A program made the position numbers and the translations under genes. Positions 7,776 through 16,858 of a stretch of DNA of 32,000 nucleotides are shown here, in pieces. This stretch comes from Deltaproteobacteria bacterium (lineage in GTDB: Bacteria > Bdellovibrionota > JACOXK01), in assembly GCA_016182335.1 (NCBI GenBank), contig JACOXK010000134.1:350-32349 (forward strand), given 5' to 3'. A model generated the notes under the pieces. The model had not been told where the DNA came from. It worked only from the letters and a program-made list of their open reading frames with translations, and did no database searches. Within the stretch, counting starts at the first letter, position 1; each line of letters begins with the position of its first letter.

Positions 7776-8969
7776 ATGCCGCATAAACTTAAAAACACAG
7801 ATCTTTACATTCAACCTCACAGTGGGGTGACGTTTGTTAAAACCGTCAATTTATCTTTATTTCTGCTAACTTCAGCGCATTTCATCGTTTCAGCGTTTGT
7901 GGATATTCACAGAGTCATGTTTAATTATCTCTTTAGTTTATCGATTGTCCTATCTCTTATTCTTGGCGGTTTTTTCTTTACGATGCTTCATCATGCTACA
8001 AAATCCAAATGGAGTGTTGTTGTTCGGCGCATAAGTGAATCTTTTACATCCCTTGTTCCTTTTGGTGTTTTACTTATTCTTCCATTGCTGGTTGGAATTC
8101 CCCATCTATACGAATGGTCCAATGCACAGCATCTTTCCCATGATGTTGCTCTGCAAAGCAAATCGCACTATCTCAACATTCCATTTTTTGCTATACGATC
8201 CTTAAGCTACATGCTTATTCTGTGGTTTCTTTATATAAAAGTCATTAAACCATCTTACGAGCAAGACTATACTGAAAACATTCAAACCACTGCTCACTTG
8301 TGGAAATGGAGCTGCATTGGTCTTTTTCTTTTTGGTTTAACAGTTCAATTTCTCTCCTTTGACTGGCTCATGTCACTCTCCCCTCATTGGTTTAGTACTA
8401 TTTTTGGCGTGTACGTGTTTTCAGGATGTGTTGTTGGTGGTTTATCCGCCATGATTCTTGTTATTGCACTGCTACGCTACTTTGGTTACATGGCCATGGT
8501 CACGGAACATCATCTTCATGATTTGGGAAAACTTCTTTTTGGTCTTAACGTTTTTTGGGCTTACATTGCATTTTCCCAATACATGCTGATTTGGTATGGC
8601 AACATGCCCGAAGAAACTGTTTTTTTTATAGTGCGTCAGACCGGCGAATGGAAAAACTTTTCACTTATTCTTCCCATAGGACATTTCGTCATTCCGTTTT
8701 TATTTCTGATTTCACGTTCTGTTAAAAGAAATATTATTCTTTTAAGTTTTGGCGCTTTTTGGCTTCTTCTGATGCACTGTGCAGATTTATTCTGGCTCAT
8801 CATGCCCAATTTCTCAAAAGAAAAAGTGCCTTTTGGAAGTCTTGAAATAGGGGCTTTTGTATGGGGATTAAGTCTATTTCTGTTTGCTGCGCTTTCAAAA
8901 TTACAGAAAAATGCTTTGGTCCCTATCAGAGACCCTCATCTAGCTGATTCCATCAATTTTCATCAGTAA
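7776..8969 (+). CDS. actF: Alternative complex III membrane subunit ActF-like
   Basis: About 10 TM helices; motifs LSFDWLMSLSPHWFSTIFGVYVFSG and LGKLLFGLNVFWAYIAFSQYMLIWYGNMPEET. Confidence 0.9.
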   Translation: MPHKLKNTDLYIQPHSGVTFVKTVNLSLFLLTSAHFIVSAFVDIHRVMFNYLFSLSIVLSLILGGFFFTMLHHATKSKWSVVVRRISESFTSLVPFGVLLILPLLVGIPHLYEWSNAQHLSHDVALQSKSHYLNIPFFAIRSLSYMLILWFLYIKVIKPSYEQDYTENIQTTAHLWKWSCIGLFLFGLTVQFLSFDWLMSLSPHWFSTIFGVYVFSGCVVGGLSAMILVIALLRYFGYMAMVTEHHLHDLGKLLFGLNVFWAYIAFSQYMLIWYGNMPEETVFFIVRQTGEWKNFSLILPIGHFVIPFLFLISRSVKRNIILLSFGAFWLLLMHCADLFWLIMPNFSKEKVPFGSLEIGAFVWGLSLFLFAALSKLQKNALVPIRDPHLADSINFHQ

Positions 8970-8975
8970 TTGCAC

Positions 8976-9647
8976 TTAGGAATGCTTATATAGTCTGGTC
9001 TTAGGCTCTGCTTGGGGCATTTTTTGTAATTGATGGGCGTTGATAAAAACATCCACTGTTTTTTCATCAAATTGTGTTCCTGCACAGCGACGCAATTCAG
9101 CATAGGCAAGTTCAGCGGACATTGCTTTTCGATAAGGCCTGTCCGATGTCATAGCATCAAAAGCGTCAGCTACGGCAATTATCCTTGAAGGAAGAGGAAT
9201 ATTTTCTGCCTTTAAACCATCAGGGTATCCCAACCCATCGACTCTTTCTTGGTGGGATCTAACCCATTGAGCTACATTTTTAAGGGAACTTACCTCACAT
9301 AGAATTTCAAAACTATGAATGGGGTGTTGTTTGATGATTTCAAATTCTTCATCTGTAAGTCCAGAAGGCTTATTAAGAATTTCAAGTGGAGTTCCTATTT
9401 TTCCAATATCGTGCAATAAAGCCGCTAGTTCTATTTCATGAAGAATGGCTTGAGAAAATGAAAAGTTTCTTGCAACCATTAATGAATAATAAGCCACACG
9501 CCTTGAGTGCCCCAAAGTGTATTTATCTTTGGCTTCTAAAGTTTTGATAATAGCATTGAGAGCCTCTTCGACTATTTTTTTATTTTGCGCTTTAAGTCTC
9601 TCAACTTCTTTGCTTAACTTTAAAATCAACTCATCTCTTCCATCCAT
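8976..9647 (-). CDS. HD-GYP domain phosphodiesterase/hydrolase
   Basis: HSRRVAYYS, LLHDIGKIG, HPIHSFEIL, RSHQERVDGLGYPDGL, IIAVADAFDAMTSDRPYR. Confidence 0.93.
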   Translation of the reverse strand: MDGRDELILKLSKEVERLKAQNKKIVEEALNAIIKTLEAKDKYTLGHSRRVAYYSLMVARNFSFSQAILHEIELAALLHDIGKIGTPLEILNKPSGLTDEEFEIIKQHPIHSFEILCEVSSLKNVAQWVRSHQERVDGLGYPDGLKAENIPLPSRIIAVADAFDAMTSDRPYRKAMSAELAYAELRRCAGTQFDEKTVDVFINAHQLQKMPQAEPKTRLYKHS

Positions 9648-9767
9648 GTACTCCCTATCGGATGGAATGTGAAATTAGCTTAATCTCTGTTCAAAAAAAC
9701 CTGCCTGACCCTCTTTTCAATCTCAAACTTCGTCATTAGACTCGTTTTCGATAAAAAAAGAGTTTCC

Positions 9768-9828
9768 GCCTGTTAATCTAATCGTAACTGCTGCGCACGC
9801 TCGCATTTACGCTAAGATTAACAACGGC
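9768..9828. repeat. Long imperfect hairpin in the intergenic region between the sigma factor and HD-GYP genes
   Basis: GCCTGTTAATCTAATCGTAA pairs with the reverse complement of TTACGCTAAGATTAACAACGGC with few mismatches; a second small inverted repeat CGGTTTT/AAAACCG is at 9834-9854. Confidence 0.6.
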
Positions 9829-9898
9829 TCCATCGGTTTTCGAATCAAAAACCGTGCCGACTTCATGAAAATCAACTCAGTGGCAGGGCTGTGCTATA

Positions 9899-10666
9899 TT
9901 ACGCTGGATTCAACTGGTTTTTAAATCTCTTTTTGAGTATCCCCATCGCCTGGGTATGAAGCTGGGAGACCCTGGACTCTGTGACATTTAATATTTCACC
10001 AATTTCTTTTAGATTCAGATCCTCATAGTAGTACAGTGCCAGTACTAATCGCTGCTTTTCAGGCAACTCTTCAAGATTTGAAATGATCATCTCCTTGATA
10101 TCTTTGTCATTCAAACTTGAGAGTGGATCATCGAAGGAGTCCATTTGTATCAGTTTTAAAAAGTTTTTTTTGTCAGATTGTGAAAAATCAGAAAATGAAT
10201 CAATATTTAAAATAGAAACGGGCTTTGTTTGGGAGAGTAAATCATGTAATTCTTCAAGGCTTACACCTAGCTCTTTTGCAATTTCCTTATTGCTAGCGCG
10301 CCTCCCAAGCCTTTTCTCAATAGCAAAACACGCACGCTCAAGCATTTTAGATTTCTCTCGAACACTTCGAGGGACCCAATCCTGAGCTCTTAATTCATCA
10401 AGAATGGCACCTCGAATTCTAAATTCAGCATAAGTTTTAAATTGGTTATCTCGTGTAGGATCGTATTTTTCGATAGCGTCGATCAAACCAATCACGCCAG
10501 AACTTACTAGATCGTCAAGCTCAATATTTGCAGGTAATCTCATGGCAATTTTTTTTGCTATGAACTTAATTAATGGCATATACTCTTGAATCAATTCACT
10601 TCTCTGACGTGAATTTAAGTATTTGAGTTTTTTTTTATTCCACTGATTTCTTACTGATACCCCCAT
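9899..10666 (-). CDS. RNA polymerase sigma-28/FliA-WhiG family sigma factor
   Basis: EYMPLIKFIAKKIAMRLPANIELDDLVSSGVIGLIDAIEKYDP, QFKTYAEFRIRGAILDELRAQDWVPRSVREK, and C-terminal LPEKQRLVLALYYYEDLNLKEIGEILNVTESRVSQLHTQA. ATG at 10666 preceded by GGGGGGAG. Confidence 0.9.
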   Translation of the reverse strand: MGVSVRNQWNKKKLKYLNSRQRSELIQEYMPLIKFIAKKIAMRLPANIELDDLVSSGVIGLIDAIEKYDPTRDNQFKTYAEFRIRGAILDELRAQDWVPRSVREKSKMLERACFAIEKRLGRRASNKEIAKELGVSLEELHDLLSQTKPVSILNIDSFSDFSQSDKKNFLKLIQMDSFDDPLSSLNDKDIKEMIISNLEELPEKQRLVLALYYYEDLNLKEIGEILNVTESRVSQLHTQAMGILKKRFKNQLNPA

Positions 10667-10680
10667 AGCATCTCCCCCCT

Positions 10681-10722
10681 TGTCATCCTGAGGCCACAAG
10701 GCCGAAGGATCTCAGAGTGACA
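10681..10722. repeat. Type A palindromic repeat upstream of the sigma factor gene
   Basis: TGTCATCCTGAGGCCACAAGGCCGAAGGATCTCAGAGTGACA; its reverse complement matches GATCCTTCGG...CCTCAGGATGACA copies inside actB. Confidence 0.65.
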
Positions 10723-10836
10723 CAGATTTAGAGAGCAACTTTTATGCCATTAAATATGCCAATGATTTCACAAGTTACCTGTCAAAATACTGACGATAGG
10801 TCTCATGAGCCCCAAGAATTTGACACCATCCTTGTG

Positions 10837-10864
10837 TAAAGACCACATCGGTTTATTCCGATAA
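10837..10864 (+). promoter_or_regulatory. Possible sigma-28-like promoter ahead of the lipoprotein remnant and mlaEFD
   Basis: TAAA (10837-10840), 16 bp, TCCGATAA (10857-10864), resembling the TAAA-N15-GCCGATAA class. Confidence 0.35.
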
Positions 10865-10871
10865 GAAAGGC

Positions 10872-11205
10872 ATGAACATTGTTCTTAGGCCTATTTCATT
10901 ACTTGTGTTTTTTTTGATTTTTTACGGCAATGGCTGCTCCATCATGGATATTAGTGTAGAGCCTAAAAGAAGTGAAACTTACAAATTAGGAACGCTATCT
11001 GATGACTGAAATAAGACTGGATGAACGAGAAGCACAACATACGATAGCAACGGGAAAGCTCGATGGCGTACTTATTAAAATGAATATTTATGTCTTAAGA
11101 AAAAATTATTGCATTTATGATCTCACATATTCTGCAAAGATAAATACTTATGATGTGGGGGTTGTGGAATTTGAGCGCTTTGTAGCTGCCTTTCATGCAT
11201 GGTGA
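10872..11205 (+). pseudogene. Truncated and frameshifted lipoprotein gene upstream of mlaE
   Basis: Frame 1 (10872-11009) encodes MNIVLRPISLLVFFLIFYGNGCSIMDISVEPKRSETYKLGTLSDD; overlapping ORF 11002-11205 encodes TEIRLDEREAQHTIATGKLDGVLIKMNIYVLRKNYCIYDLTYSAKINTYDVGVVEFERFVAAF, resembling only the C-terminus of a lipoprotein family. Confidence 0.55.
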
Positions 11206-11208
11206 AAT

Positions 11209-11988
11209 ATGGTTGAACTTTTTTTCGAAAGATTTGGAAAGGTCATCACAGAGTTTCTAGAATTCTTTGGTGGATTTGGAAGAATACTATTTCAATCCGC
11301 CAGAGAAATGGTGACACCTCCTTATTATGTTTCACTCACCCTAAGCGAGGTTTATTCCATTGGCTATAAATCGATTCCCCTCATTGCGGCCACCTGCCTC
11401 TCAACAGGCATGGTCATAGCACTTCAAATCGCCTATGGTCTTGAAAAATTTGGTGGCCAGCTCTATGTACCAAAAGTCGTGGCCCTTTCGTTCATTCGAG
11501 AACTAGGACCCGTTTTTACAAGTCTTATGGTAGCTGCACGTGTTGGCGCAGGCATCGCTGCCGAAGTTGGCTCGATGAACGTTACGGAACAGATTGATGC
11601 CATAAGGGCTTTGGGAACAAGCCCCATCAAGAGAATTGTCATCCCAAGAGTTCTTGGAACTCTCATTTCACTACCACTCCTCACAACTTTTGGGATTCTC
11701 ATTGGTCTTATTGGTGGGATGATCGTGTGTTACACAGATCTATCTCTCACACCTCAATATTATTACAATAAAATTATGGAAACTCTGACCTTAAAGGACT
11801 TTTTTTCGGGTCTTGGAAAAACATTTTTCTTTGCTATTTTTATCTCGATCATAGGATGCTTCAAAGGGTTTACAACAACGGGTGGCACACGTGGTGTAGG
11901 CCTTTCAACAACAGAATCAGTCGTGATTTCGGCTATTACAATTCTTATTTCAGATTTCTTTTTGTCTAAATTTTTCTTGAGCTTGTAG
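11209..11988 (+). CDS. mlaE: MlaE-like ABC transporter permease (lipid asymmetry/retrograde transport)
   Basis: GGQLYVPKVVALSFIRELGPVFTSLMVAARVGAGIAAEVGSMNVTEQIDAIRALGTSPIKRIVIPRVLG is the MlaE/YrbE signature. Confidence 0.95.
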   Translation: MVELFFERFGKVITEFLEFFGGFGRILFQSAREMVTPPYYVSLTLSEVYSIGYKSIPLIAATCLSTGMVIALQIAYGLEKFGGQLYVPKVVALSFIRELGPVFTSLMVAARVGAGIAAEVGSMNVTEQIDAIRALGTSPIKRIVIPRVLGTLISLPLLTTFGILIGLIGGMIVCYTDLSLTPQYYYNKIMETLTLKDFFSGLGKTFFFAIFISIIGCFKGFTTTGGTRGVGLSTTESVVISAITILISDFFLSKFFLSL

Positions 11989-11994
11989 GAATGT

Positions 11995-12741
11995 ATGGAG
12001 AAAGAGCAAAAAAATATTATTGAAGTTTACAATCTGCACAAAAGATTTGGGGGAAATATTGTTTATCAGGGAGCTACCCTTTCTGTTAAAAAAGGAGAAG
12101 TCCTCACTCTCATCGGAGGCTCTGGATGCGGGAAAAGTGTCATGCTCAAACATTTGATAGGCCTTTTGTGCCCCGATGAAGGAAAAATCCTATTCGATGG
12201 ACAGGACATTACCCTCTTAAGCGAAAAAGAATTCCTCCCGATAAGAAAGCGAATTGCCATGTTATTCCAAGGAGGAGCCTTGTTTGATTCTTTAAGCACT
12301 TTTGAAAACATTGCCTATCCTCTCCAGGAACATACAAATCTTTCTTCTGAAGAAATCAGAAGGAAGGTTAAAGACGTTCTGGAGTTGGTCGGTTTAGACG
12401 GTAAGCAGAACGTTTACCCCCATGATCTGAGTGGTGGGATGAAGAAACGTGTTGGATTAGCCAGAGCCATTGTTCTAGAACCAGAAGTAGTTCTCTTCGA
12501 TGAGCCAACAACGGGCTTGGATCCTTACAACACTCGAAAAATCAATGAGGCCATTATTAACCTCAACAAAGAAAAAAAGATGACATGTCTCATTGTCACA
12601 CACGACATGCCAAGCACTTTTGAAGTTACAGATCGTATCGCCATGGTTCATGAGGGAAGAATCATTATTGAGGACCAGAAGGAAAAAGTAAAAGAGAACG
12701 ACATTGTTCGTTCTTTTATTACGGGTGAGAAGGTTTTTTAA
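11995..12741 (+). CDS. mlaF: MlaF-like ABC transporter ATP-binding protein
   Basis: GGSGCGKSVMLKHLIGL Walker A, LSGGMKKRVGLARAIVLEPEVVLFDEPTTGLDP signature and Walker B. Confidence 0.95.
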   Translation: MEKEQKNIIEVYNLHKRFGGNIVYQGATLSVKKGEVLTLIGGSGCGKSVMLKHLIGLLCPDEGKILFDGQDITLLSEKEFLPIRKRIAMLFQGGALFDSLSTFENIAYPLQEHTNLSSEEIRRKVKDVLELVGLDGKQNVYPHDLSGGMKKRVGLARAIVLEPEVVLFDEPTTGLDPYNTRKINEAIINLNKEKKMTCLIVTHDMPSTFEVTDRIAMVHEGRIIIEDQKEKVKENDIVRSFITGEKVF

Positions 12742-13613
12742 TGAAAGAAAGATTTATAGACATTAAAGTTGGTTTTTTTGTTTTCTTGGGAGTGCTTCTC
12801 ATTTGCGTTATGATTTTACTCGTAGGAAGTGACAAGCTTCTTTTTAAAGCCAACTACACACTTTATTGCAAATTCCCAAATATTATGGGGCTCCAAAATG
12901 GTGCTGGAGTGCGACTTGCAGGTTATAACATTGGAACTGTCAGTAACGTCTTTTTCTCTAAGGATCCTGACGAAAAAGAGGCCGTTATTGTTGAGTTAAC
13001 TATAGAATACAGCAAACGGGAATACATTCGAATGGACTCTAAAGCTACTATTAATACGATTGGTGTTCTAGGGGACAAGTATATTGAAATTACTTTCGGA
13101 TCACCATCTCAACCCGTGATTGAACCCAATGGTTGGATCGCAGTGGATGCCCCTAAAGAGATCACTGATTACCTAAGTAAAGTTGGCGGCATTCTCAATA
13201 AAATTGATCGCGTGATTTCGTTTGTTGATGATAAGCTTGAAACCTATAAGAAAGAAGGAACCATCACCAAAATCCTCAACAATTTAGTGACAGTCACAAC
13301 CAATATGGCCTCTATCACGGAAGAAATCAGAAAGGGAGAAAGCGTTCTTGGCAAACTTGTTTATGATACAAAACAATCAAAAGATTTTTCCTTGTTCTTA
13401 AGCAATCTCAAAAATATTAGTTTCAAATTGAATTCTGGAAAAGGAACTTTTGGTGCCCTGATCAATGACCCAACACTTTATGAAGATTTAAAAACGATTC
13501 TTTCAGGTGCTTCACGCAGCAAAACTTTTAAATACGTGATCCGACACGCCATCCAAAAATCGGAAGAACTTAAAGAAGAGAGGAAAAAGGAAGAAGAAAC
13601 AGCTCTCAAATAA
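12741..13613 (+). CDS. mlaD: MlaD/MCE-domain substrate-binding protein
   Basis: N-terminal TM, VGFFVFLG, FPNIMGLQNGAGVRLAGYNIGTVSNV, GVLGDKYIEITFGS; third in the mla order. Confidence 0.92.
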   Translation: MKERFIDIKVGFFVFLGVLLICVMILLVGSDKLLFKANYTLYCKFPNIMGLQNGAGVRLAGYNIGTVSNVFFSKDPDEKEAVIVELTIEYSKREYIRMDSKATINTIGVLGDKYIEITFGSPSQPVIEPNGWIAVDAPKEITDYLSKVGGILNKIDRVISFVDDKLETYKKEGTITKILNNLVTVTTNMASITEEIRKGESVLGKLVYDTKQSKDFSLFLSNLKNISFKLNSGKGTFGALINDPTLYEDLKTILSGASRSKTFKYVIRHAIQKSEELKEERKKEEETALK

Positions 13614-13641
13614 ACTACTGCCAGTTTACGCAGGCAGTTTT
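13612..13641 (+). terminator. Intrinsic terminator-like hairpin after mlaD
   Basis: AAACTACTGCC-agtttacgca-GGCAGTTTT immediately after the mlaD stop. Confidence 0.5.
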
Positions 13642-13672
13642 CAGAATTACACGTCTTTGACGTGGGAGACCC

Positions 13673-14320
13673 TCAAGGCGTTATGATTTTAACATCGTCG
13701 ATCAAATATATAATCGATTCACCAGAAGGCACCGGGGCCGTTAGAAAAAAAGAAACGGGCACAGACTGATCTCTAAAGGAACTTATATCAATATCCACAT
13801 CCAACCACTGCGTTTCAGAAGGAAACCCGGAAGGTCCGTTATTAATCACCTTTGTCGCGTTGGTCTGGTTTTCTATAATATTAGTCAACTCACATGTTTC
13901 ATGACTAACATTGATCTTCGCACTGGCAATGAGAGGTTGACCAGCAACCGGTTCTTTTAAAATCACTTCAAAAAGCCTTACATAATTCTGCTTCTTTAAA
14001 GTACTATAAAGCGCTTTTATCTTAAATTGCACATGATTGCCTTCCTGAATGGAACTTAAATCAGTATGAAAAAAATTAAAATCTACAATATTCTCACCCA
14101 CTTGTCCGAGTGTAATTTTAGCCATCTTGTTTCCTTCCGGAGCTACCACGTTTCCAACACTGAGGACAGCCTCAACAACACCTGACGTCCCAAGATTATC
14201 GGCAGTTAATGTCCAGTTTGAAAGTCCATCTTCAAATCCTCCATTTAAAATTGAAGAATGCGCGAAATTAATAAAACTCAAGAATACAAAAAACACTCCC
14301 ACATAAAGTATTTTTCTCAT
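13673..14320 (-). CDS. Secreted protein of unknown function, possible beta-sandwich/carbohydrate-binding-like fold
   Basis: Signal peptide MRKILYVGVFFVFLSFINFAHS, then ILNGGFEDGLSNWTL...IYLIDDVKI, a GFE-GLSNW...DDV pattern. ORF track start is 14395. Confidence 0.6.
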   Translation of the reverse strand: MRKILYVGVFFVFLSFINFAHSSILNGGFEDGLSNWTLTADNLGTSGVVEAVLSVGNVVAPEGNKMAKITLGQVGENIVDFNFFHTDLSSIQEGNHVQFKIKALYSTLKKQNYVRLFEVILKEPVAGQPLIASAKINVSHETCELTNIIENQTNATKVINNGPSGFPSETQWLDVDIDISSFRDQSVPVSFFLTAPVPSGESIIYLIDDVKIITP

Positions 14321-14494
14321 AGTACATGCTCCTTTCTCTTTTAATATAAATATTGAATCAAATCTGTCAATGTACAAGACCAACGTAAAACTCATTGGTG
14401 CAGATGCATCTGACGATCTTGGCAGATCAGTTTCAGGTGGACAATGAATTAATTCCAGCTACCTGCATGGACAGGAGAGCGTGTCCAAAAAATA

Positions 14495-16762
14495 CTAATC
14501 AGACAGTTTACCCAGTCTGTTTTTAGCTGCTAAAAATTTAGGGTTAAGTTTCAGTGCTTTATTAAAGTGTTCTTGAGCCTTATCTTTTTCATTGAGCTCA
14601 ACTTCTGCAACGCCCAATAAATAATAAACGGCAGGGTTCTTCGGCTCAAGATGCGACGCCTTTTCTAAGTTATCTTTACTTTTGTGCCATTTTTTTAAGA
14701 TTTGATAAGAGCTGCCCAGGTTCATATACGCTAGAGCAAAACCTGGATTTAAACTTAAAGATTTTTCAAAATGCTTCACAGCTTCTTCTGTTTTTCCTTG
14801 AGAAAGCAAAATCCCGCCCATATCATTATAAACGATGGCATTGTTGGGTTGAATTTTTTGCGCTTCTTCTAAAAGATTGAGGGCCTTTAAAGTTTCTTTT
14901 TGGGTAATCAACTCACGTGCTTCATGAAGGTAGGAATCAATTTATGAAAACTTTGGGTTTAAATCAAACGCTTTTCGATATTCCTCTTGAGCTTTGTGCC
15001 AATTTTTTTGTTTTTCATATAAGAAACCTAAATTGTAGTGCGCCATAGGGTCTTTAGCATTGATAGATAACGCCTTTTCATACGCTTTCACGGCCTTTTT
15101 CGAACGGTTGAAATCTCTTAAAATATTTCCCTGATTAACATACAGAGATGAAAGCTCTGGCTTTAGAGCAATAGCTTCTTGAATGTGATTTAGAGCGAGC
15201 CTAAAACTTTTCTTTTCTTTATATAAAAGGGAAAGCTGATTGTGCACCACATAGGCTTTGTTATAACCTGGATTTTCTTGTAAAATCTTTTCATACGCTG
15301 CAGTAGCTTCTTGAGTTTTTCCTGATTCTTCCAAGTGATACGCTTCTAAAAGAGGGTTTCTTGTATCAAAGTGAGACTTAAGGGTTTTTTTCTCTTTTGA
15401 CTCATCTATGTTTACCAACTCTCCCTGATTTACATAACCTAAAGATACCAGCTTTTCTTTTAAAGTATCATCAGAAGAAGAGCGTATCGGTGGTGGTTGA
15501 TCTTTCTTTTTGCCTCTTTCATAGCTTGCAATATAAGAAATTTTTTCAATATCAAACTGCTCTTGTTTAAAGGCAGAAGACATAATTTGCCCTTTCATAT
15601 CTTGCGCTAAAGGCTGATCCATAAGATATAACAGTGTTGGAGCCACATCATAAAGATCATAGCCCTTAATTTCCTTTCCTATTGAAAATTGAGGTCCTAA
15701 AAATGCTATAATTCCATGCTCATCATGCCACCTTTCTTCTGCGTTTTCACCAATGGCAGCTGATGTATTAAGACGTTCATCTTTAAATTTAAACCCATGA
15801 TCTGAAATCAGAACAAATGAAGTATTGGGATGAGCCACTCTTAAAAAATCCCCTAAAATCTGATCTAAATAAACATAGGTTTGTCCTACAGCATCTTTGT
15901 ATTTTTCAAAATCTTCCTTCGATACGCGATCAAGCTTGGGTGGAGCATAATCCATATAGGTATGCATCATCGTATCTGGGGCATCCAGATAAAATGCTAG
16001 GAAATGTGGTTGATCGGTTTCTATTTTTTCCAAAGCAAGTCTGGACATTGTTTTAATGGAGGACAAAATCATGCGAAGATTATACTGAGGGTTCTTGATA
16101 TCGTATTTTCCCGTTTCATAACTTTTTTCAAATTCTTCTCTTCGAATATGAATAAAGGGCTTAGACTCCTCGTAAGTAATGCCAGAAGGGGAAGCTAAAA
16201 GATGTTGTCTACTCACAACATAGTCTTGCGGCCAAGAAAGTTTATCTATTGTTAAACGATCCCCAACAATTCGAGGGAAAATATGATAGCTTAAACGATC
16301 TGATACCAAAACCCCATTGACGGGCTGTGCAGGCCACGAAACAAGCCAGTTAAAAACACCCACGCTGAATCCTTCATCCCCTAAAATATCCCACAGTGTT
16401 CTGACTTGAATTCGATTGCTCATCACAGGAATTCTAGTTTTTTGGTCCTCATTCCATTCTAAAAAATCTACAATGCCATGCTCATCGGCACTTTTCCCTG
16501 TAGCAATCGTTGTCCATAAAACAGGGGACAGCATGGGAGAAAAAGATTTTAAATATCCAAAAGCACCCTCCGTTTTAAAGCGCTTAAAATGGGGTAACTT
16601 CCCTTCTTGAATGAAATGATCAATGATATCCCAATCGGCACCGTCCAAGCCAATAAGAATGACTTTACCAGATTTGGAATGAAAATAAAAAAAGGCAGTT
16701 ATTGCCAATACAACAATTAAACTCCCAAAGATTAAAAACCGTTTTTTATTCTTTATGTGCAT
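14495..16762 (-). pseudogene. Membrane-anchored type I phosphodiesterase (AlkP superfamily) with C-terminal TPR repeats, interrupted by one in-frame TAA at 14942-14944
   Basis: IGLDGADWDIIDHFIQEGKLPHFKRFKTEG, SPVLWTTIATGK, FLAFYLDAPDTMMHTYMDY, VLISDHGF, EERWHDEHGII. TPR units run through the stop in the same frame: ...EYRKAFDLNPKFS*IDSYLHEARELITQKETLKALNLLEEAQ... May still be translated to 606 aa. Confidence 0.72.
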
Positions 16763-16858
16763 TTGATTTAATTATCTGGTTCGAATTTACAAATCAAGCG
16801 CTATTTGTGCACGAAAATTTGTATTGTTTTTTTGTCCTCGGAAGCTATACATAGCACT

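Noticed and set aside
8976-9898. Cyclic-di-GMP riboswitch upstream of the HD-GYP gene
   Set aside because: The gap has strong hairpins, but I could not match the conserved GEMM receptor and tetraloop features on the minus strand. Kept only as an unassigned structure.
9704-9925. Open frame ...NLIVTAAHARIYAKINNGSIGFRIKNRADFMKINSVAGLCYITLDSTGF* on the plus strand
   Set aside because: No good start or ribosome-binding site, it overlaps the sigma factor 3' end antisense, and its composition is explained by the palindromic DNA.
16771-16800. T-loop-like GGTTCGAAT suggesting a tRNA
   Set aside because: No acceptor, D or anticodon stems can be built around it; it is in the short divergent promoter region upstream of cysD.
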